From Octopus sinensis (taxonomy: Eukaryota), in contig NC_043000.1 of assembly GCF_006345805.1 (NCBI RefSeq), positions 10,602,001 to 10,666,000 of the forward strand: a stretch of DNA of 64,000 nucleotides, given 5' to 3'. The position numbers were made by a program, and so were the translations under genes. Below are positions 26,010 to 38,176 of the stretch, in pieces. Each line of letters starts with the position of its first letter. Positions within the stretch are counted from its first letter, which is position 1. A model generated the notes under the pieces. It saw only the letters and a program-made list of their open reading frames with translations. It was not told the DNA's origin and did not search any database.

Positions 26010-26320
26010 GCTAAGTGGCTAGGGTGTTCAGCTGATGGTCATAAAGTTTGAGTTCAATGCCCCACGGCACACTATATTCTTGAGCAAGACACTTTGTTTC
26101 ACATTTCTCCAGTCCATTCAGCTGACAAAAATGAGTTGAACCTGTATTTCAAAGGGCCAGCCCTGTCACATTTAGTTTCCCGCTGAATCTCCATGAGAAC
26201 TATTTTAAGGGTGCACATGTCAGTGGAGTGAACTTCCATTTACACATTAATTCCACAAGCATGCTGTCCCATTAATCAGATCAACTGGAATACTCATCGT
26301 CGTAACCAATGGAACACTGC
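26010..26320 (+). mobile_element. tRNA-like SINE family E
   Basis: GTGGCTAGGGTGTTC...GAGTTCAAT head; homologous to 53435-54000 (AAGGGCCAGCC.TGTC.CA, GATCAACTGGAA). Confidence 0.68.
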
Positions 26321-26444
26321 CAAACCCATATACCTTAACTTGATCACAGCTGTAGTTTGTTGTTATAATGTCATCTATTGTCTTGGATTATAAAAGTAAT
26401 GGTTGTGTAAAGGTAACTTTTATGGTTACTCTTTTACTATTTTA

Positions 26445-26642
26445 CTTGGTTCAGTCATTTGACTGTAGCCATTTGACTGTAGCACTGCCTTTTTTAGTCG
26501 AGCAAATCGACCACAGGACTTATTCTTTGTAAGCCTAGTACTTATTCTATCGGTCTCTTTTGCCGAACCGCTAATTTACGGGATGTAAACACACCAGCTT
26601 TGGTTGTCAAGCGATGTTGCGAGGACTAACACAGACACACAC

Positions 26643-26702
<60 letters not shown>

Positions 26703-26905
26703 TATATATATATAATATATATATATATATACACACATATGCGACAGGCTTCTTTCAGTTTCCGTATACCAAATCCATTCACAAGGCTTTGGTCAGCCCG
26801 AGGCTATAGTAGAAAACACTTACCCAAGGTGCCATGTAGTGGGACTGAACCTGGAACCATATGGTTGGTAAGCAAGCTACTTACCACACAGCCACTCCTG
26901 CGCCT
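26445..26905 (-). mobile_element. SINE family A, full-length copy
   Basis: Reverse complement of the 6546-6950 consensus. Confidence 0.85.
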
Positions 26906-27352
26906 AGGTTGTTCAAATCATAGAGATCACTCATATCATCAGTATGAGGATGGAGTGGGTCTTGTGCTGTTACTAATTTAGTTTTAGAATCTAGCTACCG
27001 GCTAGTAGAGCACAAGACTCTTAATCTCTGAGTCATAGGTTCATGCCCCATGTTAAACAGATTTATTCTACTGGCATGTCCACAGCCTTGGGGCTGAAAC
27101 ATAAAAAAGAATATCAAATAATGATTTCTTAGGAGACATGTTGTTGCTGTATGTGATAATCTATTTCCTAGCTTTGGTAGGTTTTTCATAAGCCCCAGGA
27201 CTCCTAATTCAAGCTTAGTAATGACAATGTTATTTAACGAAATTTTTCATTATTTCAAAATTAATTGAAACAAGGATAGCACATTTCAGTAGAAGTATGG
27301 TAACATAAAGTCAGTCACACTGGATATTGTTGTAAGGCATTATATCTGAAAA

Positions 27353-27643
27353 AATTTCAAGAGTAGAGTCCACAGTGATCCGTAGGGAGGAGAGGTGCAG
27401 CCAGAGGGTAAATGTCTGAAAGAGAATCCATAAAGGGTAGATAGAAAATCCAGTGGAGAAGTTCGTGTGTGATAAGAAATGACAGGATCAACTGGTGCGA
27501 CCACATGAGCATGTGATATATAGGGAGAGTTTTTTCTCTCCTTGTTTTTTCTGTGTCCCTTTCTGTAGAAGAGCGTAGGCTCGAAACGTAAAAGACTTTT
27601 TCTATTCCTGAGCGTTATACTGATACATCTGTTTGTTTTGTAC
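27353..27643 (+). mobile_element. Short HHR-bearing insertion, probable PLE derivative
   Basis: HHR-like motif at 27559-27594; flanked by the 11-bp direct repeat ATATCTGAAAA (27342-27352, 27644-27654), a possible TSD. Confidence 0.5.
27559..27594 (+). ncRNA. Minimal type I hammerhead-like motif (A6U core substitution)
   Basis: CTTT-CTGTAGA-A-GAGC(GTAG)GCTC-GAAAC-GTA-AAAG; stems I and II pair; palindromic ACGT stem III; the core has T where A6 is conserved. Confidence 0.6.
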
Positions 27644-28984
27644 ATATCTGAAAAGATATAATGCATTACAACTGCACAATGAGGGATGGCCTGGACCTAA
27701 AAACAACTACAAGTGTTTAAGAGACTGGGGTACCTGATATTCTGGATTGGTAAACCTGACCTCTAACTTGTATCCCGATGGAGCATAGGGCATTGATTTC
27801 ATTGTTCTTAATTCTGGACAGATTTTTTCTTCTCCCAGATTTTCTTGGTTTTGAATTGTCATCAAGTCTTCTGTAACTTTGCTTCTCCATACAGCCATGC
27901 CTGTACCTAAATGTTTGTATGTATGTGTCTGTGTTTGTGCCCAAGTAGGAAGAGGTGATCCATATTAATCTAGCTTCTATCCTTTGACCTGTCCAGCATG
28001 GGTTGTGGGGGGGGACCCTACCTGGAGCTTGCACTCTGCTGGCATAGCTTCCTGGGTCATTGAGGCACACAAGCCACCATATCACAAGGACTGGACCTGG
28101 TGCTCCATAATATTACTTCTAGATTATATCTTTCACTCATGTTTTCTAACTCTTATTGCTTGTGTTACACTTATCACTGCCACCACCATCATTTGTCCCC
28201 ATCAACTGCAGCTATAGATTGCCTCTTTGATTTGTTACCACCACCTTTCTTCAGATAATGTCATCTTTCCAACCAAATCATTGCTAGAAATCATATGATA
28301 AATATTCTTTATTGCTATTATATTTTCAGTTTCTTTTTTTTTTCCTTTTTTTCTTTGTCTACTAATTGCCTGGCAAGCTGGCAAAATTGTTAGCACACTG
28401 GGGGAAATGCTTAGTATATTTCATCTGTTCTTACGTTCTGAGTGAAAATTTTGCTGAGATCAATTTTGCTTTTCATGGTCAATAAAATAAGTACCAGCTG
28501 AGCACTGGAGTCAATGTAATTAGTTTAACTACTCCTTGGTATGCATATGAAAACTGCATCCCTCTGCCAAGCCATATTGAGCCAGTGTGGCAAAGTAGGC
28601 TCATCAAACCTGTATGATATCAAGCTCAAAAACATGGCTTCTATATCAGACCATGGTTGAGTGGAGAGAATATATTGAAGCCTTTATCCTGCAGTGGGCT
28701 GAATATAGGCAATCCAATCCAAACACTTGGATAATCTGTTTGATAGCAGTTTTTCAACTCTATATTACACATGCAAGAATCTACTGCCAGCATTATTGCT
28801 TTAACATCCACTTTTCCGTACTTGTATGGGCCAGACAGAAGTTGTTGAGGCAAATTTTGAGGCAAATTTTCTGCATACCCCTCTTGTCACTTACCCTCAC
28901 TTATTGCCAATCATGATTTCCCCATGGCTGGACATGTTTTCATTGAAGATTGGAAAGGACACTGCTTTTATGACAGTGATGCAC

Positions 28985-29360
28985 TGGTATGGTCATATGA
29001 TGCATAAAGAAGTGCCAATCTCTAATTGTGAAGAGAACCTGTGGGACAAGGTGGTGAAATATGATCTGCTGTTGTTGAGTTTCGTGGAGGCAATGACAAG
29101 TGACTGAGACTTCTGCCGATTTGCTGTGCTTGAGAAGACCTGTCAAAATAAATGAAATTTTGGTTGTGGCCAGTGCCAGTGACACATAAAAGGCACCCAT
29201 GGTGATGACTTGTAACAGACATCCAATACACGTTATACCATGGTTGGATTTAGGAAGGACATCCAGCTGTGTAAACATGTAAACAAAGCCAAAACAGATG
29301 ACTGGAGCCTGGTGCAGCACTCTGGCTTACCAGCACATCATTATCATCATCGTTTAGCAT
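28985..29360 (+). mobile_element. RTE LINE 3' end plus family C 3' UTR
   Basis: WDKVVKYDLLLLSFVEAMTSD matches the 42.6-kb RTE C-terminus; followed by the family C tail. Confidence 0.65.
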
Positions 29361-29829
29361 CTACTTTCCTTGCCGGCATAAGTTTATATAAATAATAATA
29401 ATAATATATGCTTTTCCTCTTTATTTATTCTTCATTGTGATGCTCTATGTTTCAGATCGGTTTTATTACCAAATATGATATTTTTGCATATCCGTAGCAA
29501 TACCATATATCATTAGAAGCAGAAACAGCTGTTAGACGGGATGCTGTCAATTTGTATTGAATTGATAAATAATAATTGATGTAAGTTCATCAGTATTTCT
29601 CCAATTTCTGTTTTCTTATATATATTTCTTTATATATAAGTGAAGTCAAAATCAAATTCACTGACATAGCCAATGATAGCACCGCCTGACTGGCACCTAT
29701 GCCAGTGGAATGTTAAAAGCCAGTGCCGCTGGACTGGCTCCTGTGCAGGTGGCACATAAAAATCAAACTGTCCAACCCATGCCAGCATGGAAAGCAGACG
29801 TTAATCAACACCGATGATGATGATGATGA

Positions 29830-29872
<43 letters not shown>

Positions 29873-30169
29873 CATACACACCATAGGCTTCTTTCAGTTC
29901 TGTCTACCAAATCCTTTCGCAAGACTGTGGTTGGCCTGGAGTTAGAGTAAAAGATATCTGTCCCAAGATGCTTCACTGCAGGACTAGAACTTGAGACCAC
30001 ATGGTTAGCAAGCAAACTTCATAACCACACAACCATGCCTGCATCTATGTTTTTCTAACAAATACTTTTCACCCTTTGCTGCTTTCACTTTTAAACTTAC
30101 TTATTAACTGATAATTCTTTCTGCCATGTGCACAAAGCCTGAAATTTTATGGGATGTGGCTCATTGACA

Positions 30170-30790
30170 ACATCAGCACCAGTACTTGACTGGTACTTAT
30201 TTTGAACTTTTACAGGCTGTTTTGTGTATTAAAAAAAAAAGATTGAAGAAGGATGAAAGGCAAAGTCAGCCTCAGCGGTATTTGATCTCGGAACAAAAAG
30301 ACAGATGAAATGTCCCAAAGCATTTTGTCTTGTGTGGTAACAATTCTGCCAGCCCACCACCTCTTTTTATTAACTAATAATCCCTTCTGCTATAGGCACA
30401 AGACCTGAAATCTGGGGGTGCGGGGATAGTCAGTTACTCAACTGGTGCTTACTTTATTGACCCCGAACTCAGAACATAAAGACAGATGAAATGCCACTAA
30501 GCATCTTGCCTTGTGTGCTAATGATTCTGCCAGCTCACCACCTCATTTAATTAATTAATAACTATTTTCACTAATCCTTTCTACAATAGACATAATGCCT
30601 GAAATTTGGGGGGAAGGGGCAAGTCAATTACATCGACCCCACACCCCTGTACTCATCTAGTACTTAATTTATCAACCCCAAAAGTATGAAAGGTATAGTT
30701 GACCTCAGCGGAATTTGAACTCAGAAAGTAGTGGTAGACGAAATACCGCTAAGCATTTCGCCCGGCATGCTAACAATTCTGCCAGCTCAA
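30170..30790 (-). mobile_element. Three adjacent, co-oriented SINE family B variant copies
   Basis: Repeated TTCTGCCAGC...CACCTC heads at about 30345, 30525 and 30775. Confidence 0.72.
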
Positions 30791-31994
30791 CACCTTCTAT
30801 TTTCACTAATCATTCCACATACATCACCAGAATGTTAGGTAACTCCTTCTTCAATCTTTTTCTCTTTTTTTTTATACACAAAACAGCCAGTAAAAGTTCA
30901 AATTGAACTACTTTGTTTGTTTTGGAGGAGCCAACTGTGGTCACAGGTACTCTACTTCCCCCACCTCCTCTTCAGATTATATAATTTAAAAATAAGTTTC
31001 TTCTCCACCTCTGCTATCACCTTTGCTCGTATACTCTCTTTTCATTTGGTGACTAAAGCACCAATCACATTGTTCTCTCAATGATACACATGAAGCAGTA
31101 GGCACACACACACACACACACACACATGCATGCATGCACATACACACAGACCTGTCGTTCTGCTTATTGTGTATGTGTGTCTGTGTTTTATATCAATAGA
31201 GAAAGCTGAGGTGTTGTCATGAACATCAGTTGTTTGTACTACACTGACCTGAGTAAGCCTCATTAACTCAGTATTTGTTCCTCGCACACATTTCGTACAC
31301 CTTCAACTTCCATGTGTGATGCCGACTTTAAAACATGGACCTGGATATACCCCTTTTCTCAGAAGGAGATCTTATCCCTCAGAAAGATCTAACCACACTA
31401 CTAAAACTACTACTGCTACAGGTAATTATCATAATAATAACAATGACATTTTTCTTACATGAACATAAAAAAAAAACTGATTTTTTTTTTTTAAAAGGTT
31501 TGGATGGGGAATTTGTGGTGATCATGCCTGGCTGCTTGGCATTAATGAAAGCAGTTCCAGTTCAGTTAGTGAGTGAAACTGGTTGGTGCACTGACTGAGA
31601 ATATAGCACAAAATTTAATCAGTTGCCTCTGGGTTATGGATCCACTCAAACAAAACAGTTTTCTAAGTGCAGCAACATAAATAATACTACTACTACTACT
31701 AATAATAATAATAATAATAATAATGTATTTTTACTAAGCACAAAGGCAATAGTAATATTACTACCTGTATTAATTATATGTAATACTTGTGTCAATTATA
31801 TGATTTATTATCTTCTTCAATTACTTAATTTTTTTTTTGTTTTATCTCGTCAGAAATACCATAGTATTTGACAGTTCAGCTACTGTGATCTTGTCTACAA
31901 TCATATGATTTTGATTTTTATTTATATTTTTGCATTCCACTTCTTTCCAGATAAATGCTTTTCTGTATGTATATATATATATATTCAATCAGAA

Positions 31995-32180
31995 TAGTTC
32001 AATCAGAATGAATATTTACATTCTACTATTTCATTTTATTTTATTCAATTATAATATTTATCTTATAATAATCATATAAGATTGTAAATAAAACGTGAAA
32101 ATCAGACAAGGTTGGAATTCTTTTTATTAATATATTCTTCTATACACAATCACACACACCCATATATATATATTCTATAT
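31995..32180 (+). repeat. PLE 5' terminal direct repeat (partial pLTR)
   Basis: TAGTTCAATCAGAATGAATATTT...CAATCACACACACCC matches 36275-36462 with few indels. Confidence 0.92.
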
Positions 32181-32201
32181 TCCTATTGTGTATATGCCAA
32201 C

Positions 32202-35200
32202 ATGTCTGGAAAGCAACAAACAAAATTAACAGAATCAGAAAGAATTCTAATGGAAATTTCATCGAAATTATCAACACTCATCACGATGATTGACACACAA
32301 TCCTCTATTTTAAAGGAAATAGAAAAACAGTCTACAGACGGAAAACTTGGAAATGAACACATAAACTCTGAAATTAAGAATTTAGCTGAAATGATACCAA
32401 CAATTATAAAATCTACAAGAGAAAGCCTACCACAACCTCCTTGGATGTCAGAAATAAACGAAAGAAATCTGGAAAAAGAGGCACACCGAAAAAGAGAAGA
32501 GACAGAAGACATGGAAAAAAACTCCTTAACATAAGAAAAGAAAACTTCTGGAAGGCATATAAATGCGAAAAATATGCTGAAATACATTCGAAATGGATAT
32601 CTTTAGCGGCACCCATACTTCCTCGGAAGTACCTAATTAAAGAAATTGCAGGAGAACCAGAGGAAGAAACTAAACTTCGATGGGACCTTAGTTTGATAAA
32701 ATTCAGGACCGACATCTCCATTACCCTGTCTAAACAATCCCGCTACAAAGCCAAATACGAAGCTATCGATGTTCAAATCAGAGATGAAATATCCAAACTA
32801 ACGACCGGCAATATAGCAGAAAAAATGCGAGAACTATGGATCAGAGATATCTCAAAAGAAGAAAGCAGATCAAGAAAGTTTTGGCAGCGGAAACAATTAT
32901 TTCTCGACAAATATGCTACAAACTACGGTAAAGACAACAGAGCTCCGAGAAATAGCATTAAAAGTGGACAACCTCACCAACGCAACATACACCAGAACAC
33001 GTGGCAACATGAACACCTGTTTCACCACGAATCGAAGACGAACTACGGTAAGAACTCTCCCATTTTGTATGCAAACACCCCAATGCACACAACAGGAACA
33101 AAAAGCACAAACAAAATAGATATTGTTTTGAACAGACCATTAGCAGTAGAAATAACAGATCATTTGCAAGACCTCAACAGAGATTACCCACAAGAAACTG
33201 GACAAAAAACCGATCTAGATCTAGAAGTAAACCCAGATCATTTCTCCAGGTGGTTAAAAACAATGCTAACAAGAAATTGAAAAGTAGCATACATAATACC
33301 AAAAACAAGACAGAAAACATAACGAAACCAAGTAAAGTACCACAACCAAAACGCAAAATTCATCAAGCAAACATCAACAGGAATATAAATCATAACCAGA
33401 AAAAAATCCATTTTTTTACGTCAGGACAACAAACACCGGAGAAAGAAAAAATCCAAGAGGAAACATACCCCAAACAACTGAACGTATAGATCCTAAAATA
33501 ATTAATTTATCAAAAAGAGATTTTGACAATGATGAAATCCAACTTCTGTCAAAAGGACTGAAATTCACACCTACACCAACAGCCAACCACCAAGAATTAA
33601 AGAGGATATCCAAAAATTCTGTCGAAAATTACGACTTGTAGAATTCTTCGCTAACAAAAGTAATGAGATTGATGAATCCCTAGTAAGGAATAAATCAAAT
33701 TTCACCCCACCAAAAGGAAGAAGAAAATAACTACCTTGACCAATACATTGATATCCTGTCTAAATTTCCCCTTAGACGCAATACCAATGTTAGGCCAAAC
33801 ATTAGCAAATCAGAGATGTCTGCATGTAAACGTATACAAAACGATCAAACAATAATAATTAAACAAGCAGATAAAGGTGGTGCAATTGTTATTATGGATA
33901 CCGAATACTATAAGGATTTGGTTGAAGACCAACTGAAGGATACAACCTTCTATTGTGAAATACCCGCAAATATAGACACCACATCATGAAAAAGATCAAC
34001 AACCTGATTTCAACACACCACAACTCACTTACGGATAATGAAAAAGACTACATCACCAATTTTGAACCAAAACCCAGCAACTTCTACGGCTTACCAAAAA
34101 TACACAAATCAAAAAACATTCAACAGGCAGTAAAAGAACAAGAAAGTGAGTACATAAAATTATTACATCAAAAGACCTAAAACTTAGACCTATTATAGCT
34201 GGTCCAGCATGCCCTACACACCGTCTAAGCAATTTTATTGACATTGTTTTGAAACCACTATGTACTTACATACCAAGTTTCATCAGGGAGGGATGACATC
34301 GACTTCCTGTCCCATCTTCCCAAAAAAACAGAAACAAATTCAGTTTTACTAAGTTTTGATGTGTGGTAAGCCTCTACACCAATATTCCACACGATTTAGG
34401 AATAAAGGCGATTAAATACTGGTTAGAAAAACATAGAGAAGTGATTCCCAGCAGATTCACAGTGCCATTTATATTAGACACAGTCAAGCTTATTCTAGAA
34501 AATAACACATTCTTCTTCAATGGAAAGAATTACATCCAAATTAGAGGCACGGCGATGGGAACGAGGTTTGCTCCCGTTTACGCCAACTCTGTAATGGGAT
34601 ACTTAGAAGAACAACTCTACCAAGAGGTGGAGGTAAACTATGGCACTGGGTTTAGAAAGTATATTGAAAAGGCATGGAAGAGATACCTAGACGACTGTTT
34701 CATAATCTGGACAGAATCTCTAAATACTCTGGAAGAGTTCAATATCCTCCTGAACAACCTACACCCATCTCTCCAATTTACAAAGGAGATGAGTAGTAAT
34801 ACCATTACCATTCCGGATATAATGATAATTAAAAAAGACACCACCATCACCACAGATATATACTATAAACACACAGACACACATCAATACCTAAATTTTA
34901 AGTCGTGCCATCCACCACATACAAAACGTAACATCCCATACTGCCTAGCCAGAAGAATTGTACTATTGTAGAAGATGCAAATATCAGGAACAAACGCCTA
35001 ATAGAACTAAGAGAATTTTTGCTCAAACAAAAATACCCATCTCTACTTATAGAAAATGGCATACAGCGGGCTATAAAAATACCTATACAACAACTTAGGA
35101 CAACCCAAGGAAGAGGAAAACAAGAACAAGTCATACCATTCATAGTGACACACAACCCATGTCACCAGAATATCTTCAACATTGCCAAAGCAAACCTACC

Positions 35201-35736
35201 AATCATTGCCCAAAGTAATGAATTAAAAGACATAATCACGGATCGAGCTATGGTGCTTAGTAAAAGACAGCCTAAAAACTTGAAAAAATTACTAACAAAG
35301 GCAAAATTTGACCTCAGCAACAAAGACCAAACATTCACGGTATCTAAATGCATAATGATAGCCGATGTGGCACATGCCAATTCATACATACCGGTCAATA
35401 TATAAACACAAAAACCGGGAAAATATTCACAAACGCGAATATGAACTGCAAAAGCAGAGAAATTTAATTTACTGCATCAAATGCCCAAATTGTGAAGAAA
35501 TATATGTAGGTCAGACGGGAAAGGAAACACTATTAGAACGCTCACGTGTACACCGGCAACAGATTAGAGACCCAGAGGTCCGTCAGATACCTTTGAGTAA
35601 CCACCTAGCAACATGTGGTCGGAAAATATATATAATATTTCCATTCTACAAATTACACAGCCCAAGTGAAATCGAGAGGAAAATCAGAGAAAAGAATTTT
35701 ATTGATAAATTCGAACCCAAGCTAAATAAGCAATAA
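32202..35736 (+). pseudogene. Frameshifted PLE polyprotein (N-terminal extension, RT, Zn-finger linker, GIY-YIG endonuclease)
   Basis: Motifs spread over several frames: IINLSK...LLSKGLKFTPTP (from 33498), KQADKGGAIVIMD, FYGLPKIHKS, LRPIIAGPACPTHRLS, SLYTNIPH, GTAMGTRFAPVYAN, RYLDDCF, YLNFKSCHPPHTKRNIP, C-NDSRCGTC, NLIYCIKCPNCEEIYVGQTG...H...H. Multiple frameshifts and stops. Confidence 0.92.
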
Positions 35737-36059
35737 TAATAATAATAATACTTAGAGGTATTACTTCCACTGCTACGACCATGACCACTAACAACAACAA
35801 CAATACTAAAGGTGATCAAGACGAAGATAGCAGGAAAATTATCTTATTTAGGGTTAAAAGTTCTATTGCCACCACCATCACCACTAGCAACAATAATTAA
35901 GGTGCTGACAATGATGATGATGACAATTGAAATATAAAAATATAAAAATCTCTGACAAAGGATATTTACAACATTTCTAAAAATAACCCAACAATTGCTG
36001 CTTCGGCCAGGGTCAAGATACAGGACTCTTGACATGTCCAACAAAGCGTGATGCCTAAA

Positions 36060-36173
36060 CCAATCAGCTCAACCAACCAATCAGCTTAAGTAATTGAGTG
36101 ATACTACACACTGATTGGTCAGAATACAGTTTGCAAAACCTAGCACTCTGGAGCCTACCCAGCTGTATTTATA
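36060..36173 (+). promoter_or_regulatory. Candidate Pol II promoter in the PLE 3' region (three CCAAT boxes plus TATA-like element)
   Basis: CCAATCAGC at 36060 and 36077, CTGATTGG at 36111, TATTTATA at 36166-36173, about 65 nt upstream of the HHR. Confidence 0.45.
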
Positions 36174-36236
36174 GCACAGAATCAATCATCTTGCTACAGT
36201 CAAAAATTGTGAAGCATGACTGTCAACACTACTACA

Positions 36237-36281
36237 TGAACCCGAAGATTGCAGAATTCAATGCATGAAAGTACTAGTTCA
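36237..36281 (+). ncRNA. Minimal type I hammerhead ribozyme motif in the PLE 3' pLTR (U4C variant)
   Basis: Stem I TGAAC/GTTCA; core CCGAAGA; stem II TGCA/TGCA flanked by a T.T pair; GAAA; palindromic stem III AGTACT; triplet CUA with cleavage predicted after 36276. Confidence 0.75.
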
Positions 36282-36462
36282 ATCAGAATGAATATTTAAC
36301 ATTCTACTATTTCATTTTATTTTATTCAATTAAATATATTATCTTATAATATATCATTATAAGATTGTAATAAACACGTGAAAATCAGACAAGGTTGGAA
36401 TTCTTTTTATTAATATATTCTTCTATACACAATCACACACACCCTATATATATATTTCTATA
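36275..36462 (+). repeat. PLE 3' terminal direct repeat (pLTR part shared with the 5' end)
   Basis: Direct repeat of 31995-32180. Confidence 0.92.
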
Positions 36463-37334
36463 TAATATATATAATATATATATAATATATATATTTACTT
36501 TACTAAAACTACTACTGATGTAACTCTTGTTGTCATTTGTTGTTATGTGTAACTCCAAATCAACCCTAGTCGAGCAGACTTGTAGATATGAGTTATATAC
36601 CTGTTGTTCCAGATATACCTTGCTGAGGACCATGCTGCATGCATGAGTGGTGTGAATGCATTGTGGCTGTCTGAGTATGCTGTATTCTCTCCATTTTCCA
36701 GTGAAATTTTGTACACCCATACATTCTGTTGGTGAACATAGTGATGGGGCAGGTGGTCTCAATTAAAGCCTGATAGTTGCTGTTGTTCTGAACTTACTAT
36801 TGGTGGTGCACATCCCAATATAGTGTTTGGGCCTTCTGAAATTATTGATGGTATGACTTGACTTTTCCTGGATGTATATATATATGTATTTATGTATACT
36901 TCCCAACCACATTTTTTCAGGTTCAGTTCAGCTGTGTGGCACGTTAGGCAAGTGGATTTGGTAGATGGAAAATGAAAGAAATCCATCACGCATGCATGTG
37001 TGTTGTCTCCATGCCCTGATATTGCATGGCAGTCGTAAATGAGTGTCTTAGTCATGCAAGTGCTGTCCTTTGATTCCATTCATCCATGAAAACATGTCTA
37101 GTCATGGAGAAATATTACCTTACTCGGAAACAAGTGAAGATTGGTGACAAGAAGCAGATTTAGCCATAGAAAATCAATCTCAACAAATTTTGCTCAAACC
37201 CATGCAAGCATAGAAAATTGGATATTAAAATAATGATGTTGATGATGTCTGGGTTGAGTGGGAAGTGTTAGTGTTTTTAGGATGCTGTTCTAATAATTTA
37301 GGCTTCATATATGTATATGGGGGGGGTATGGAAA

Positions 37335-37600
37335 GGATTTTTCACATGGTGGCATGAACTTTGGGAATTGTGCTAGCAAATCGTGCTCCTTTCATGTTTA
37401 AGTGGTCTTCTATTTTTAGTATCTTTGTTCCAATGTTTAGGCGACCTATGCCAATGTTAAGTGTGCTGTTTTGCGTCCTTTGTAGTTTATCATGTTTGTT
37501 AGTGAGAAATTTCTTTGTCATGGAAAGAATGGAAGCCCAGGCTGGGCTAACATAATTCATAATAGTTCTAGTATATTGTACTTACAATAACATGGTTGTT
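37335..37600 (-). mobile_element. Decayed LINE RT C-terminal fragment (I/Jockey-like)
   Basis: MNYVSPAWAS...KLQRTQNSTL resembles the EYASPAW...KLQRIQN..L motif. Confidence 0.45.
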
Positions 37601-37782
37601 TCTTTGTTAGTTGTGATTGCTAAAAACTTGTCATTTTGCATGTTTTATTTTAATCTTTTGTGTGTGCTATGAATGTTGTGAAGGCATTCTATATTCTACC
37701 AATGTTTCTGTGTGTATATGTATATATATATTTATGTCGTTGAGTATGGTGATTGTATTTGATGCTATTATAGTAGCTAATT

Positions 37783-38176
37783 TCTCTCTATATAAAGCTG
37801 AAGTTGTCTGTGTGTGGCAGATTTGGTAGCCTTCAACTAACACTATCTCCTCCGAGACCCTGTGGCGCAAGTTGACCAAAATTTAGAGTATGATAGAAGA
37901 AAGCTCGCTCTTCCGTCCGTAGAAGAAAAAATTCAAATCGGACCATGTTAAGACCAAAAATTATTTACATCAAAAAGGTGCTTTTTTTCTATGAAAATCC
38001 CTATTTTTTACGATTTTTTTTACTGTTGTGTCGCCATTTTTCGGTGTATTTCAACTAGAAAAATGTTCACTTAAAGAGAATAACAAGCTACATAATAATG
38101 CAAAATTTTTACTTTTCAAAAATTCCAATTCTAAAGGGTCGAAACAAACCCAAGCAACACCGGGCAATACTGCTAG
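37783..38176 (+). mobile_element. Non-autonomous Helitron
   Basis: 5' TCTCTCTATATAAAG; 3' imperfect hairpin CCCAAGCAACACCGGG, then about 8 nt, then CTAG followed by T (38173-38177). Confidence 0.65.

Larger units (their letters stand above)
31995..36462 (+). mobile_element. Penelope-like retroelement (endonuclease-positive, Neptune-like), near full length, with about 185-bp terminal direct repeats
   Basis: Contains PLE RT and GIY-YIG coding remnants. 31995-~32180 is a near-identical direct repeat of 36275-~36462. Both ends abut (TA)n. Confidence 0.93.

Noticed and set aside
31335-31421. ATG in good context running to CAG|GTAATT (MDLDIPLFSEGDLIPQK...)
   Set aside because: No recognisable homology, ends in a CTA microsatellite, and no linked downstream exon identified.
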